NCBI RefSeq assembly: GCF_963506605.1
Contig: NC_083285.1
Location: 41,168,001-41,232,000, forward strand
Direction: 5' to 3'
DNA: 64,000 nucleotides
Source: Zootoca vivipara
Taxonomy: Eukaryota
A program made the translations under genes and the position numbers. Under the pieces are notes generated by a model that was given only the letters and a program-made list of their open reading frames with translations, was not told the DNA's origin and ran no database searches. Shown piece after piece: positions 1 through 12,909 of this stretch (its first letter is position 1; each line of letters starts with the position of its first letter).

Positions 1-570
1 TTAAAAAGCATGGTGGAGAGGACAGAACCCTGAGGCACCCCACAAGTGAGAGCCCAGGGGTCTCCCCCACCACTTTCTGAACACGGCCTAGGAGGAAGGA
101 GTGGAACCACTGTATGACAGTGCCTCCAGCTCCCAACCCCTCTAGACGGTCCAGAAGGATGTTATGGTCGATGGTTTCAAAGGCCACTGAGAGATCCAGC
201 AGGACTAGGAAACAGCTCTCACCTTTGTCCCTAGCCCACTGGAGATCATGAACCAGTGCGACCAAGGCAGTTTCAGTCCCATGATGAGGCCTGAATCCCG
301 ACTGGAAGGCATCCAAGTGGTCCGCTCATTCCAGGCATGCCTGGAGTTGTTCAGCCACCACTCGCTCAATCACCTTGCCAAGAATTGAATATTTGAGACT
401 GGGTGATAATTAGCCATATTTGCCGGGTCTAAAGATGTCTTTTTAAGAAGCGGTTTAATGACCGCCTCTTTCAGCGGGTCTGGGAAGACTCCCTCCATGC
501 CAGGATGGGCAAGGGTCAAGGAGACAGGTGGTCGGTTTCACTCGTCCAAGCAGCCTGTCCACATCCTTAT
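1..570 (-). mobile_element. L2/CR1-group LINE reverse transcriptase fragment
   Basis: Minus-strand translation contains RPVSNIQFLGKVIER, FQSGFRPHHGTETAL and LLDLSVAFETIDH RT motifs, with stops. Confidence 0.85.
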
Positions 571-1855
571 ATCACGTCTTCTTAGATTGTAAACTTATAG
601 GTAGAGACCATATTGTTTTTATTGATCTGTAAGCAATTATGTGACCCTTATTGACTGAAGAGCAGGGTATAAATACATTGAAATAAATGAATGAATGATA
701 ACAGTGAAGTGAACATTAAAGCATGGTATAGTAATATCTTTGCTAAAAGCTGATGAATTATTGTCATACAAAGATACTTTCGTATGAATGGAATTATAGT
801 TTATTCTGTAAACAGAAAAATGAATTATATGCTGAATAGAAAGCAATTTGGAATGCTTCTGATTACTGTACAACTATTTTGTGAATATAGTATTTAGAAA
901 TTTTCTTTGAGAAATTGGCATATGCAAGTCTATTTCTCAGTTACTATGACTTTGTTTTCTGCTTCTATCCTGAAAAATTTTCAAGACAAATATTTTTGCT
1001 GTTAGAAAGGAGTAGATATTGCTCTTGTTATTCATTAGGTAAGGAATTCATTACCTTGAGTCAAGAACAGTTTAAACTTTTTTTCAGGGAGGTTGCTACT
1101 AAACATGCTGTTATCTATTCACAGCTTGTTTGTTATTGGGTGAATCAGCTTTGACTTCAAACTGACAGTTGCTTCTAATTGGACCTTCATGGCAATCACA
1201 AAAAAACCCTGTAAAATAGGAAGAGATGGCGTGAGTAAGGTTGATCTGGTGAGAGGAGAGATTTCTTAGCAAAACATTTGGCATCATTTTTTGATGCCGT
1301 CCTTACAATTCTCTTCAGACTGAAGTGTAAACAACATTACCCTGGAATATACAATAACAAGCCAACACGTTAGTTTGTCAGCTGCAGTGTGCAGGTGTGT
1401 TGCACAAACGCTCCCTGCACTCTTTGTGGGGCTCAAAGGGATTAGTTTAACCTTCAGTTAAACTGAACTACTGTGTCGCAGAATGATGCATGTCCAAAAA
1501 GTGTGTCACCAACTTGAAAACTTTGGAAAGCTCTGCACTGGAGTATATTATAAACCACAGTCCCTGTTCCTGAAAATACCACCCCCCCAAGATTCATTGA
1601 AAGCAAAAGCAAATGTCTTCATGCTGTGTAGGAAGAGGTGTGGGGGGGAACACAAGACCAGGGCTTGCTTGGGATTTTACCAGCTTGTACATGCCATCAT
1701 AAACCAGCCTTCCCTGCTGTTTGTAACTGAATTGAGAGTTGGTAGTCTAAAACATCTAGAGGGCACCAAGTTGGGGAAGGCTGCAATAAACAGTTTTCAT
1801 GTTATGTATGAATGTGGCCCATATGCTTTGTATTGCGGCTGAGATAAATCTAGTT

Positions 1856-1990
1856 ACAGGTAGGTAGCCTGTTGGTCTGACGTAGTTGAAACAAAATAAA
1901 AAAATTCCTTCCAGTAGCACCTTAGAGACCAACTAAGTTTGTCATTGGTATGAGCTTTTGTGGGTATGCACACTTTTTCAGATACTGAAG
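1856..1990. mobile_element. Short interspersed repeat fragment (Penelope-like terminal piece); second inverted copy near 49633-49720
   Basis: ccagtagcaccttagagaccaactaagttt occurs here and as its reverse complement at ~49633-49665; family assignment is from recall only. Confidence 0.5.
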
Positions 1991-2858
1991 AAGTTAGCTG
2001 GGATAAATGCTTGTCTTAAAACAGAATTGTTCTAGCCTTCTTTAAGTTTCTTTTTATGCAGCTCAGAACTTTCAATGTGGAACACTGACATCCCCCTTGC
2101 AGCAAAGGAAGCTGAGCCAAAATCAGAGAGAACAGTTTTTTCCTTGTTAGCCTCATGCTGACTGTTATAACATATCCACAGGAGGAGGATATGGTTATAG
2201 CATTTTATTTAAGATTATTTCAAATTAGCATGCTTTTATTTACCACCATGGGAGCCACTTGGAAGTTGTAAGGAATTGTGGGGACTGGATCCATTAATGG
2301 TTCTCTGAAAACGCACTGTCTTGACGAAGCAGCTGAAATTTGACACACACACCCCAAAAAAGATAGTTAAAAGCATGTAATTAGTTAAAAGCAGGATCAC
2401 ATGTCTGAAGCTTGAACTGAAAGTGTACCCCAAGGAAGGATGCCCCTAAACAAGTAGTTTTTAAATCAAAATTTATTGGTGAGCATGGAATCAATATGTT
2501 AAAGAGCCCCTGTAGTGACTAAAAATATTGAAAAAAAGTGTTTGTAGCATGTTCTATAGCTGAACAACTTCATGTTACAAGGGGATATGAGTAGGCATAT
2601 TCCTAGGAATGTGAGTTTGCTAAGGCATTTGAGTACATGCTTACAGTGCGCTTGCAGGCACCCATCTCTCCTTCAGACATTAGTGGTTACTACACTGTGA
2701 GCACCTTTTTCATATTATGAAAAAACGATCTATAATTAGAGATGAAGAAGCAGACATAACACTTTTGTTAGCAGTGTGGTTAAAATCACTTCATGCTGGG
2801 TTTGGAGTTGGTGGCTATTTTCAGAATATTTTTAACCTTTTGTTTTCTTCTCCTTTAG

Positions 2859-2908
2859 ATTGTTTACTAAACGAAGAGAATTTCTCAGTGAGGTGCCCCA
2901 AGCACAAG
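2859..2908 (+). CDS. TCF20: TCF20 internal 50-nt exon (end of ePHD/ADD finger)
   Basis: ttag|AT...AAG|gt; encodes (D)CLLNEENFSVRCPKHK, matching the TCF20 C-terminal region. Confidence 0.95.
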
Positions 2909-3038
2909 GTAATAAAGTTGTTATCAGTTTGCTGCCATTTGTTGCCATTTGTTATATAGGTCTCATCATAGTTTATTTTTAGACATTTTGTGTCTGGACA
3001 ATGCTTTCTAAATATACTCTTTGGCATCTCTTTCAATA

Positions 3039-3062
3039 GTGTTTGTGTGTGTGTGTGTGTGT
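3039..3062. repeat. (GT)n microsatellite
   Basis: Seen directly. Confidence 0.9.
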
Positions 3063-4482
3063 TTCCATTTCCTGTGGGATGGCACGGTCAGAAAATATGA
3101 GTCTTCATATTTTCTTTATTCTGTGGAATTAGTTTATTTTAATCTGGATTATGTTCGTTCTATGAAAGATAGCTTCATTGCATAGCTTTTGTACTGAGTG
3201 TTTTTCTTTGGCTGTAGCTATTCAGCAAATGTTCTGCTAAAAGTGGTTGTCTGCAAATAGTCTGAGAAAAAGAAGTTTCTAAATGGTTGGGAAACTGATT
3301 GGAAAGTTCCTTTCATCAATTGATCTGTTGGAGATGGGTCGGCATTATTTGCTGTGCTGGACACAATTGGCCAGCTAATTCTTGTCTACTTGTTCAACCT
3401 CTGGTTATATTGTTAAAGCACCAATTTGTAAAATAACCATAATGTACTTTTCTGTATATAGCTAGGCAATAAATATAAAGTTGGACGATAATTTATAACA
3501 TCCAGACATGGTTGAGCTTCTGCTTGTTGAATGATGCTTTATGATGTGTAAAGGTGTATTTAGGGTACCCCCCCTTGTTTCTCTATTCATAAACAGTAGA
3601 GATCAAGGAATGTGGAGCTATCTGAAGATCAGCCATCTGTCTCTGTGAAAGAAAGCTATAAAATTCTTTGAGCGTAAACTTAATTTCCCAAAGTAGAAGG
3701 CTGCTTTGTTAAATAGTTATATTAGAAATACAGATATTTTCAAGTTCCAAGGTCATGTTGGATTAAGACTTCTGGAAACAGCCAAGCCTCAGATAACTGA
3801 ATAAAAAGTGTGCATCATATTATGTCTTCAGAGTTATTTAGGTTATATCAGATAGTATTGACTGCTTGCAAAAAAAACAACAACCATGTTTTTGATCACT
3901 AAATGTACCATGATTATTATAGAACAAGATTAGTCTTTGAGGAGCAAAATTTACCAGAGTTCAGGAGAGAATACCAACATAAACAAATAGAGGCATCATT
4001 GCTTATTTATGTGAGAGATGAGCATTCAGCCACCAAATGGTTGATTTTAGTAATTAAAGCTTTTTTTTGTTGTTGTGTATATTTGTTGTAATATTTATAC
4101 TCTGCCTTTTGATTCATGAATCCATGAGCAGCTTATAAAACTGGTAAGAATCACAATGCAGGTTAAGAACAATATCACAATACCAAACAAACAACAGGAT
4201 ATGGCTCTTCCCTTGATAAACATGTCACTGACAGTCACTCTTCTGATCCAGATGTTCTTGTGTGTATCAGAAGTTGGGCATATGCTGTGGAATTGCATTG
4301 AACTTTCTGTGAACCATGTTTCCCTTGTTTGTATGGTACTGATAAATGGGTCCAGGAACCTTTTTGGAATGAATAAATATTATTTCCTCATTTCTAAAAT
4401 TTTCAGATAAGTTTATGTATGCTCTGTGCTTTTAACTACATTCTGCAACCTGTATATAATTTTTATGTACTGGGCAAATCGC

Positions 4483-4570
4483 AGAATTGTAGAGTTGGAA
4501 GGGACCACAAGGGTCATCTAGTCCAACCTCCTGCAGTGCAGGATTCATTTGCCCAGTGTGGTTCCAGGGT
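4483..4570 (-). mobile_element. SINE/CR1-tail fragment
   Basis: agaattgtagagttggaagggacc..ggtcatctagtccaac motif recurs at ~28005, 29190, 31965 (inverted), 33780 and 36910. Confidence 0.7.
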
Positions 4571-5397
4571 CCTGAAACCTCATCCCCCAATCTCCTGTAG
4601 ACTCTTTCTATAACTGAAGAATCCACCAGACATTGTGGGTGCACACACTGTTCAAGTTGATCTGCATAACCATAAAGCCTAGGAGATGTATAAAATTAAG
4701 TACCTATGTGATTCTCAAGGTACTGAACACAGCATATCTATTTTTGCTATTTTTCTGCAATTCTGGAATATGTACAACCTTGTTTAGAAACTGTGTTGTG
4801 TTTCGATAGAAGACAAAGACTTCTGCTCTCTAAGAAGTGACCCATGTATTAAAAAGTGGTTGTTTTAGAATTAATTGAGATATAGCAAGAATTAACACTT
4901 TTAATTTGGAAAGGAGAGTACATCTAGATATGTTACTTGTTTTGTAGTATTAACACCTCTTTTCTGTTGTAAGTTGATTCTTTTAGTTAAGATATGAAAA
5001 CCAGATGTAATCTGTTTCAACATCCACAAGGTGAAAAAGCTTAAGTTTGACAATGGTTAAAAACATCTGACACCAGGGAGCAAAACTCTTCCACAAAATG
5101 CCTTTCAGAACACTTAAGGAAGAAGCTGTAAAAACCTTCTCGTTGCTCAGCTTGAAAGCTTTGTGATTATGTAGGGAGCACAGCTCAACTTTCTTGCTAA
5201 ACTGCTTATTTCTTTCCTCCCAAAAGTTCCAAATGCTGTCGTGCAGAAATCCTGTCTGAAAGATCTGTGTTTGGTTCTCGTACTGATGCTACTTTCTCTC
5301 TTTCATTCTCCACATGTTCCATCTTCCTTCTCATCTGCCTCTCTCCTTTTTATCTTCTCTTTCCCCCTCACATTCTTCTTGGCATACTGGACATTAG

Positions 5398-5481
5398 CCC
5401 CTCCTCCCTTGCTCTCTTCCCTCCTTGCAGAACAAGATGGTGAAAGGCAGCCTCAGCACAGAGCAGTCGGAGCGGGGGTGA
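5398..5481 (+). CDS. TCF20: TCF20 long-isoform last coding exon (exon continues as UTR to 5525)
   Basis: tag|CCC...; [27 protein letters not shown], homologous to the human [27 protein letters not shown]; donor CAG|gtgagt at 5526. Confidence 0.92.
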   Translation, partial: [27 protein letters not shown]

Positions 5482-6892
5482 GGGGGGAAGTGTGTTCGTG
5501 GGAATGAAAATAAAAGCAAGCACAGGTGAGTTGAGGGAAGGATGCCACTTTCTCTCCAGCCCAAGGGAGAAATAGGTGGTGATATTGCTATGCAGAGATT
5601 TTAACTTTGGGTCCTATTTACTTGTATTTTGATACTAAGCTCGCCACTTCACCAATGAAGGGCAAAAATGAGGAGAAGTCCTTTTCTGCTGTATCCTAAT
5701 GGACTTCCCATGTATCACCTGTTTGTCTATTTATGTAAACACAGAAGATTGGGTGAGGGAGATGGGTGTTTTATATATCATCATTTGATGGCTAACTTTC
5801 ATATTTCTACTTAGATCCCCATTTTCTGAGCTCCAGTAAGTCAAGATCAGTTGCTTGCCTGACAGCCTGGTACAAGTGCCCAGAGGAAAAGGCAGCGATT
5901 AACTCTGCATAGCATCATAAGCGTAACATACTTTCAGTGTTCTGGAAGAAGCCGAGAGAGAGAGAGTGCTGACTTTCTAAGCTCAGCGGAAGCAATCAGA
6001 ACACTCTGAGGGACACAGCCTCAGATAGTCTAATAATGGGTTTTCTTTGCCCTCCCAGTCCATGCCAGAGATACACTGGGATGATGTTCCAGGACAGGTC
6101 CTTCTATGCTTTTGGCTGAGAAATCCACAGGAAGCTGCCTTGCTTCCCTGCTTCTCTCAACCGTGTTACTCTGTTTCTTTCCCCCTCTGCCATGTTGTTA
6201 CCACTATCTACTCTCCCCCACTTCTTCATGCTGTGAGGGTATTGCAAATACCCGTCCAAGCCCAGGACAAGGCCTCTATAATGCTGCTTCGTTTGTCATA
6301 ATGAAGCCAGTAAGACAGTCACTATTTAAGGCTAGAACGAAGGTATATGTATGCATATGCATACGCAGTTACTATAACAGTCCAGCTCTGCTCAGCTCTA
6401 CCCCCATGGCAGTGGGAATGCACCTCTCTCCCTGGAGGCTGTTGTTATTCCCCACAGACAATCAGCTTGAGTGCTGAGTTGCAAGGCTCATCCATATAGA
6501 ATGAGTTTTTCATCTCAAGATAGTTATTTTTTACCGGTATCCTCATATTGAAATCACTCCTACCACAATATTGTTATATTTGTATATCTTGGTATGTTTT
6601 TAGTTCTTGTGGATGTGGGTGTGGAGATAAGGCTAGCCTATTGTCAACATTTTGTAGACAGTGAAACCAAGATGCTAACACTCAATGAGTTCTTCTAAAA
6701 GACACACAACAATGGTAATCTAAAATCTATAGGGCAGAGGTATCTATGTTTTCCTCATAGAGTTTTTAAAAAGCTCCACAGGGAGCTTGTTGAAAATTAG
6801 CATTGAACATTCCTTCTCTGATTACTATTTCACTGTGTCTTGTCATGTATGAATTGGGGCATGAAAATTTATTTAGCTGTAAGTACATCCAA

Positions 6893-7003
6893 TGGGCTAC
6901 CCACATGAGTTTGACCAAACTGTGGGAGGCAGTGGAAGACAGGAGTGCCTGGTGTGCTCTGGTCCATGGGGTCACGAAAAGTTGGACACGACTAAACAAC
7001 AAC
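6893..7003 (+). mobile_element. BovB/RTE 3' tail
   Basis: catgagtttgaccaaactg...gggtcacg...gactaaacaacaac; imperfect TSD acat(c/t)caatgg. Confidence 0.85.
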
Positions 7004-7047
7004 ATTCAATGGACAATCCGATATGAACAGATTTAGCTTTATGAATT

Positions 7048-7370
7048 GGTAAAGGTAAAGGGAGCCCTGACCATTAGGTCCAGTCGCGGACGACTGGGGC
7101 TCATCTCGCTTTACTGGCCAAGGGAGCTGGCGTACAGCTTCCGGGTCACGTGGCCAGCATGACTAAGCCGCTTCTGGCGAACCAGAGCAATGCACAGAAA
7201 TGCTGTTTATCTTCCCACCGGAGCAGTACCCATTTATCTACTTGCACTTTGATGTGCTAGCTGGGACTGAGCAATGGGAGCTCACCCTGTCGCAGGGATT
7301 TTAACCGCCGACCTTCTGATCGGCAAGCCCTAGGCTCAGTGGTTTAACCCACAGTGCCACCTGCGTCCCT
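7048..7370 (-). mobile_element. Sauria SINE
   Basis: (ACCTTT)n tail read as ggtaaaggtaaag on +, tRNA-like head at the right end, TSD tatgaatt. Confidence 0.9.
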
Positions 7371-8208
7371 CTATGAATTTATGAATTGAGATTTCGCTTA
7401 ATAGGTGGTTCAGTTAGGATGGCTTTCACAGGGATTATTCACAGAAAAATGGAGATATCTTCAGTGTACAGGACCTATGCCATCATTAGTATCTTTATCA
7501 TTCCTGAATGGGAATGCACACTTTATAAAATATTGATGAGTTAGGTCGTTTGCTGAAGTCCCTGTCTCTTATTGGTCTTTATTAGTCTTTCTTTCTCCCT
7601 TACCGGTTCTCTAATAATTTGTGAGTTTGAACAAGTGCTGCCCACCTTATTTTGCTTATATGCAAGACGGTATATGCATAGGTTGGAATTGTGCCACTTT
7701 GGCCTTGTTTCATCCGTGCCACTTCTTTCTCACCATTTAGAAATTATTGGCACACAGCATTGTTTGTTTGTTCCCTTGTTTTTAAGCATTGCTTGGACCC
7801 CTTGTGTTTGCTTCTAGCCAAGTGACTGTGAATGGGCTTTGTTGATGGGCTTTATGACGTGAATGGTTTAACAGAGCAGATTTTATTTATTTACAAGATT
7901 TGTTACTACTGCAGGCACAAAACAATACTATAATATCAACCCATTTGAACTATCAGGAGAACTTGTATAACACTAAAGCAATAGGTTCAGCACTAGTGTT
8001 CAGCATATGCCTGTCAAAAGATGTGCTCCTTGTACTGAATTCTTACTATTTATTGTTAACGTCTGTCCTTTCCTCACGTGTATTGTCTATTACAGTGTTT
8101 TAATATCTTTTTTTAAAAAAAAAGATGGGCCTTCAGCTGGCACCTAATGCATAGGGGTTGGGGTTGGCCATATTTTAAAGAGGATATATTTTTCAGAGTA
8201 GTATCAAA

Positions 8209-8638
8209 TGTTGGAAAAACACTCTTGGGATGACGGCATACTCCCCAATACTCCAGAGCGTCCTTCCATGACCCTCTCTGGCTGGCATCTTCCCTTCAGT
8301 CCAGAGCGCCGGTAATACGCGACTCTTAACTCATGAAAAGAGCACGCAGGTCTCCCAGCATCCTGTAGCGAGAAGAAAGACGCATCTGTAGTTCTAAAAC
8401 TACTTTATTTACAGACTATATACAGAGACTTCATAATCCACGTCTGTGTTCTGCGAACACCAGTACAGAACTGCGACATGGCAGAAGTGAAAGTAACATA
8501 CAATAAACAACACTCAGAAGGAACAGATAAGACAGACTTCCGTTCCCACACTCTCTCAGACACTCATGACACTCATGTGATTTTAACTAATCACACCAGT
8601 CCCTGCTGAAGCACCTAAGGACAGCTAAAATACTAACA
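8209..8638 (-). mobile_element. Solo LTR with 5-bp TSD
   Basis: TGTT...AACA termini, TCAAA duplicated at 8204-8208 and 8639-8643, minus-strand AATAAA near 8405. Confidence 0.8.
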
Positions 8639-9257
8639 TCAAATACCTGAATGGTAAAGCACAGAATGCTGTGTCATTTAGAATGGTTTGTCTCTGAGTC
8701 CACATATGCCTTCTTCCTGGTGCAGTGTAGGCCCCTGAAAGCAATACATTAAAGGCTATCCTGGTCACACAGAGATGGAATGTCTCCACCTATTTCTTTC
8801 TGAGCTGGTTGCCCCAGTAGTTCTGCAACATTTCTGAGGCATGAAGATGAACTCTGAATGAATCTAGCGATCTGCATTGTCTCCAGGAATTAGAAGAGAG
8901 CAGAGCACAAAGGAGCAGTGTTGTGTGTCTTGTTGTCTGTCTCTGAGTTTCTGGTTTAATGCTCTGGCTTGTTTCCAGGTAAGGGCAGGCCTCCCGTATA
9001 CAAAAGCTTGAAGCAGGAGTCTCTCAGCTCTTTCTAAAGAAACCTATAATAGATTATGAATTCCAATCATTTGTTTTTAATATTTTTGGGAATATCTCTT
9101 TTCAGTTAATTGTCTCATGTCCATTTGCACTTTACCTATTCACCTGGGTCTTTTTTGATATCAGAAAAATATGCCTACTTCATAAATAAGTAGGGGGAGG
9201 TGCTCCATTTGAGTTATAGGTGTCCTAGATCTGTGACTGCCGGTAGAGAATGAGTTA

Positions 9258-9616
9258 AAAGGTAAAGGACCCCTGACAATTAAGTCCAGTCGCGAACGAG
9301 ACTGGGGTTGCAGCGCTTATCTCATTTTACTGGCCGAGGGAGCTGACGTTTGTCCGCAGACAGTTTTTCCGGGTCCTGTGGCCAGCATGACTAAGCTGCT
9401 TCTGGTGAAACCAGAGCAGTGCATGGAAATGCTGTTTACCTTCCCACCAGAGTGGTCCCTATTTATCTACTTGCACTTTGATGTGCTTTCGAACTGCTAG
9501 GTTGGCAGGAGCTGCAACTGAGCAACAGGAGCTCACCCCGTCATGGGGATTCGAACTGCCAACCTTCCAATCGGCAAGCCATAAGCTCTGTGGTTTAGAC
9601 CACAGCGCCACCCGCG
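9258..9616 (-). mobile_element. Sauria SINE
   Basis: Same consensus as 7048-7370. Confidence 0.9.
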
Positions 9617-10056
9617 TACATTGGTTATTTTCTCCTGTTGATTAATCAAAATAGTGAAATTAGTTTTTATGTGCTTCCATAAGCAGGTTTACAGCATATT
9701 AAATCAATCAAACATAAATAAAACAATCTGAAGAAAGTCAAATATAGAGTATACAGTCAAAGCAACTTAACAGAAAACTAAAATATTATCTTAAAGATTT
9801 CAAAATAAAACATTACAAAGGAGGTCAACTACAGAATACATATTTAACATAGGGCTGGGTGACTGTGGGCCCCGCCCCCTAGGCCAGGTGGAAAGGGCCT
9901 TTCAGGGAGTGGCCTCCATGCCTCACGGTTAAGTTTTTAAGTTAGCTTAAAAAATCTACCTAAAAGTCCTCTTTCTTTGCTTAAGCTGTTCAAATGCAAG
10001 ATACATATATGCCTCATGTTGAAGTAAAAGTCAGTGGTCCAAAATAGCTTACAGTA

Positions 10057-10338
10057 CAGTGGTGCCTCGCTAGACAAATTTAATTCGTTCCACGGGTCTT
10101 TTCTTATAACGAAAAATTCGTCTAGCGAATCCCATAGGAATGCATTGATTTTTTTTGATTTTTTTTGCCCATAGGAATGCATTAATTGAATTTCAATGCA
10201 TTCCTATAGGAAACCGCGATTCGCTAGACGAATTTTTCATAAAATGAATTCGTCTAGCGAGGCAACCTCCGCTCGAAAAATCCTTTCGTTAAGCGGAAAT
10301 TTCGTTAAGCAGGGCATTCGTTAAGCGAGGCACCACTG
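10057..10338. mobile_element. Tc1/mariner (Tigger/pogo-like) MITE
   Basis: TA|CAGTGGTGCCTCGC...GCGAGGCACCACTG|TA terminal inverted repeats with TA TSD. Confidence 0.9.
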
Positions 10339-11597
10339 TATCTGAAACTGGCACCACTGGTAGCCAGTGTGCTCAGGAATAAGACCCACAATTAAGAAGC
10401 AAGTAGATAGAAGAAATCTGATTCAACCTGAAAATTCAATTGAATTTCCCAGGTTTCTCCCACCCATAATAGAGAAAAGTGGTCTGATAGATAGAAAGGC
10501 TAACCAGCCCCTCCCCCTCTCTTTGGGAATAGGGCTCATCCATATTTGATATATCTATGCAACAATAAGCATGGAAGAGTCAATTTGAAAAGTCAAAGTC
10601 AGTATCCCTCTTAAGATCCCCACTGCTCTTGCAAAGGACTCACAGTTTAGCTAAGCCCCCTTTTTAAGTGTCGGTTGATTTAGGCTGCAACCCTGTGCAG
10701 TTACTTGGATGTATGACCCACTGAATCTTATGGGAATCTTAAGCACAAACATTCATAGGAAGGGCTCCTAATTTAAGATGCAGGAAATAAAATAATAGTT
10801 CACATTTTGTGGACAATCTGAAAGGAACTTCACCTAAAGAATTTGCAGAATGTTTAAGGCTGAGTATGACACTCTTAACTAGCAGAATGGAGTGAGTCTG
10901 AAACTTCTTGTCATAGAGAGACTAATAACGGTCCATAAAGAAAATTAAATACATACACATGCCACTGCACAAGCTTCTTAAAGTGACATTTGTGCCTCCA
11001 GTAAAATAGAACCGATAAATTTCAGCTGACCCATACCTCTAAATCCAGACAATATTGGCTACTGTAGTTAAAGCATCTCCTTAGTGTGCACTCATGGTTG
11101 CCAATAATCTATCATTATAAAGTATTTCTGGGTTGGTTTTTTAATGGTTGCTTTCTGGTGGGTGTGCAAGGCCATACAAAGTATGGTAAGATGAAGCCCC
11201 TTTCATTGGCTGCACTGTTATCAGGCTATAGCAGAGATTCACCCTCTGATTAAATTAGCCACACATTTTATCTTCCAACAGCCATATATCCCAGCACTGA
11301 ATGTAATGAATTCTGACATGGACACTTAAACAGAAGGGAATGGGCTATAATTTTTCATTTCATATAATCACTGCAGAATTGCTTGCTTTTCAAGACCTTA
11401 AAAGGGGTTTTTGTTTAAGGAAAAAAGAATTATAAATGCTACACTTTCATAAACAGTTCTACCAAGTTTTAAAGTTCTTGGAAGTATTGCTGCTACAATA
11501 TTTCCTTGGGCCATGGACTTAAATTTTGCAAACAAGTTAATAAAAATGTTTATCACATGCACATTTTTCTAATGGCAGTGCTTTTCTCCTCTTACAG

Positions 11598-11615
11598 GTT
11601 AAGCTGTTGAGATAA
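11598..11615 (+). CDS. TCF20: TCF20 terminal exon; codes VKLLR* in the isoform that skips the 5398 exon
   Basis: cttacag|GTT AAG CTG TTG AGA TAA; corresponds to the human short-isoform ending VRLWR*. Confidence 0.85.
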   Translation, partial: VKLLR

Positions 11616-12875
11616 GAAAGCGGTGGACATTCATGATTGGATGGATTCTTTCCCACTGTGCAGTCATGCCCCTCTCTTGATGTGCCTGCCAAAGCCAGCA
11701 CTTCCTTCATCAACTCTTTCATCACACTTGACCGACAACATCACAGAATATGATCAAGGAGTCTGAACCAGCTGTTTTCATGGACACAATCTCCATAGTG
11801 ACTATGGGAAGGGGAGGGAAAAGAAAAGAAAGTGGGGGAATTAAAGAGGGAGGGATAAAATATATATATAGATTATATATATAAAGATCTATTTTTAGTC
11901 TTGATAGACTTGTTTTAAATGAAAGGTGCGCTATCCCTTTTTATGCATTAAATTGAATTTTTAGGACCCATATATGTTCCAGGTTACTTCTGAACAAGTA
12001 TAAGTAAAATTCAAACAAGGCCTTTGCAAATGGAACTCAACTTGTTTCAAAAGGAGTTAGGAGCTTGCTTAATCAAACTTGTCTCTTCACTCCAACTTCC
12101 ACAACAGATAACCCAGGTTTTAAAGAATATGAATTTCCCCCCCTGTATGTTGATGAAATTGTCCGTAGGGGTGGGAGGTGGGAATGAATGGTTGCAGGGA
12201 ATGGGATGTTTGTATTTGTGTATGTGTGAAAAGGGTTTTTTCTTTTTCTTTTTAAGAAACGCTATTTATTTTTATTAAGAAAGGAAGCACCAGAAGACTC
12301 CTATGTCATGTGACTTGTGAAATAAGAGTGGCTTCTACTAGCTTCATATACAGATATTCTGACCTTATTATACGTTACTCTGTACCAAAAGGTGGGGGAT
12401 TTGCGCTATTCTTGGCATTGACAAATACTCCCAAATCATTCCAAGGAGCTGCTGCCTTTTTGGGGGGTAGTCTGGAGGAGGATGTTGGCTTGCCTGCTAG
12501 AAAGGGGCATTCAACAGGAAGTCTGAATGTTGACATAATCAGTGTGTGTTAAGCTGACCAGGAAAATCCAATTAACCCTTCTCTTCTCTGTCTTTTGTTT
12601 CCCAAAGGAAGGAAGGGAGAATGTCTATTTAGCAGCCTACACCACATGGTTACTTTTAGTTTGTTTGTACATTGTGTAATTTTTAAACATTTGAGTTTTT
12701 TAAAAAACAAAACTTTTTCTCTTGTTAAGGCCTTAAGAAGGGGTTAGTGCATCTTTCAGTGGTCACTCTGCCATGGGAATAAAATAGCTGTTTCACAAAC
12801 AGTTTTATATAAAAAACTAAAACAAACAAAAAAACCCCACAAAAAAACCTAATAAACTTCATTTTAACCTTGTTT
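11616..12875 (+). other. TCF20: TCF20 3' UTR with polyA signals at 12778-12783 and 12851-12856
   Basis: TE-free AT-rich stretch ending in two AATAAA followed by a GT/T-rich downstream element. Confidence 0.75.
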
Positions 12876-12909
12876 CTTCTGTGGAATGTAATGTATTTTG
12901 CTCTTCCTG

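Noticed and set aside
2909-2959. In-frame read-through VIKLLSVCCHLLPFVI* with AATAAA overlapping the TCF20 donor
   Set aside because: The canonical donor and downstream exons explain the region; no support for intron retention
10057-10338. Internally repeated ttcgtctagcga/ttcgttaagcg units resembling an array
   Set aside because: Sub-terminal repeats of a MITE in a eukaryotic genome, not CRISPR
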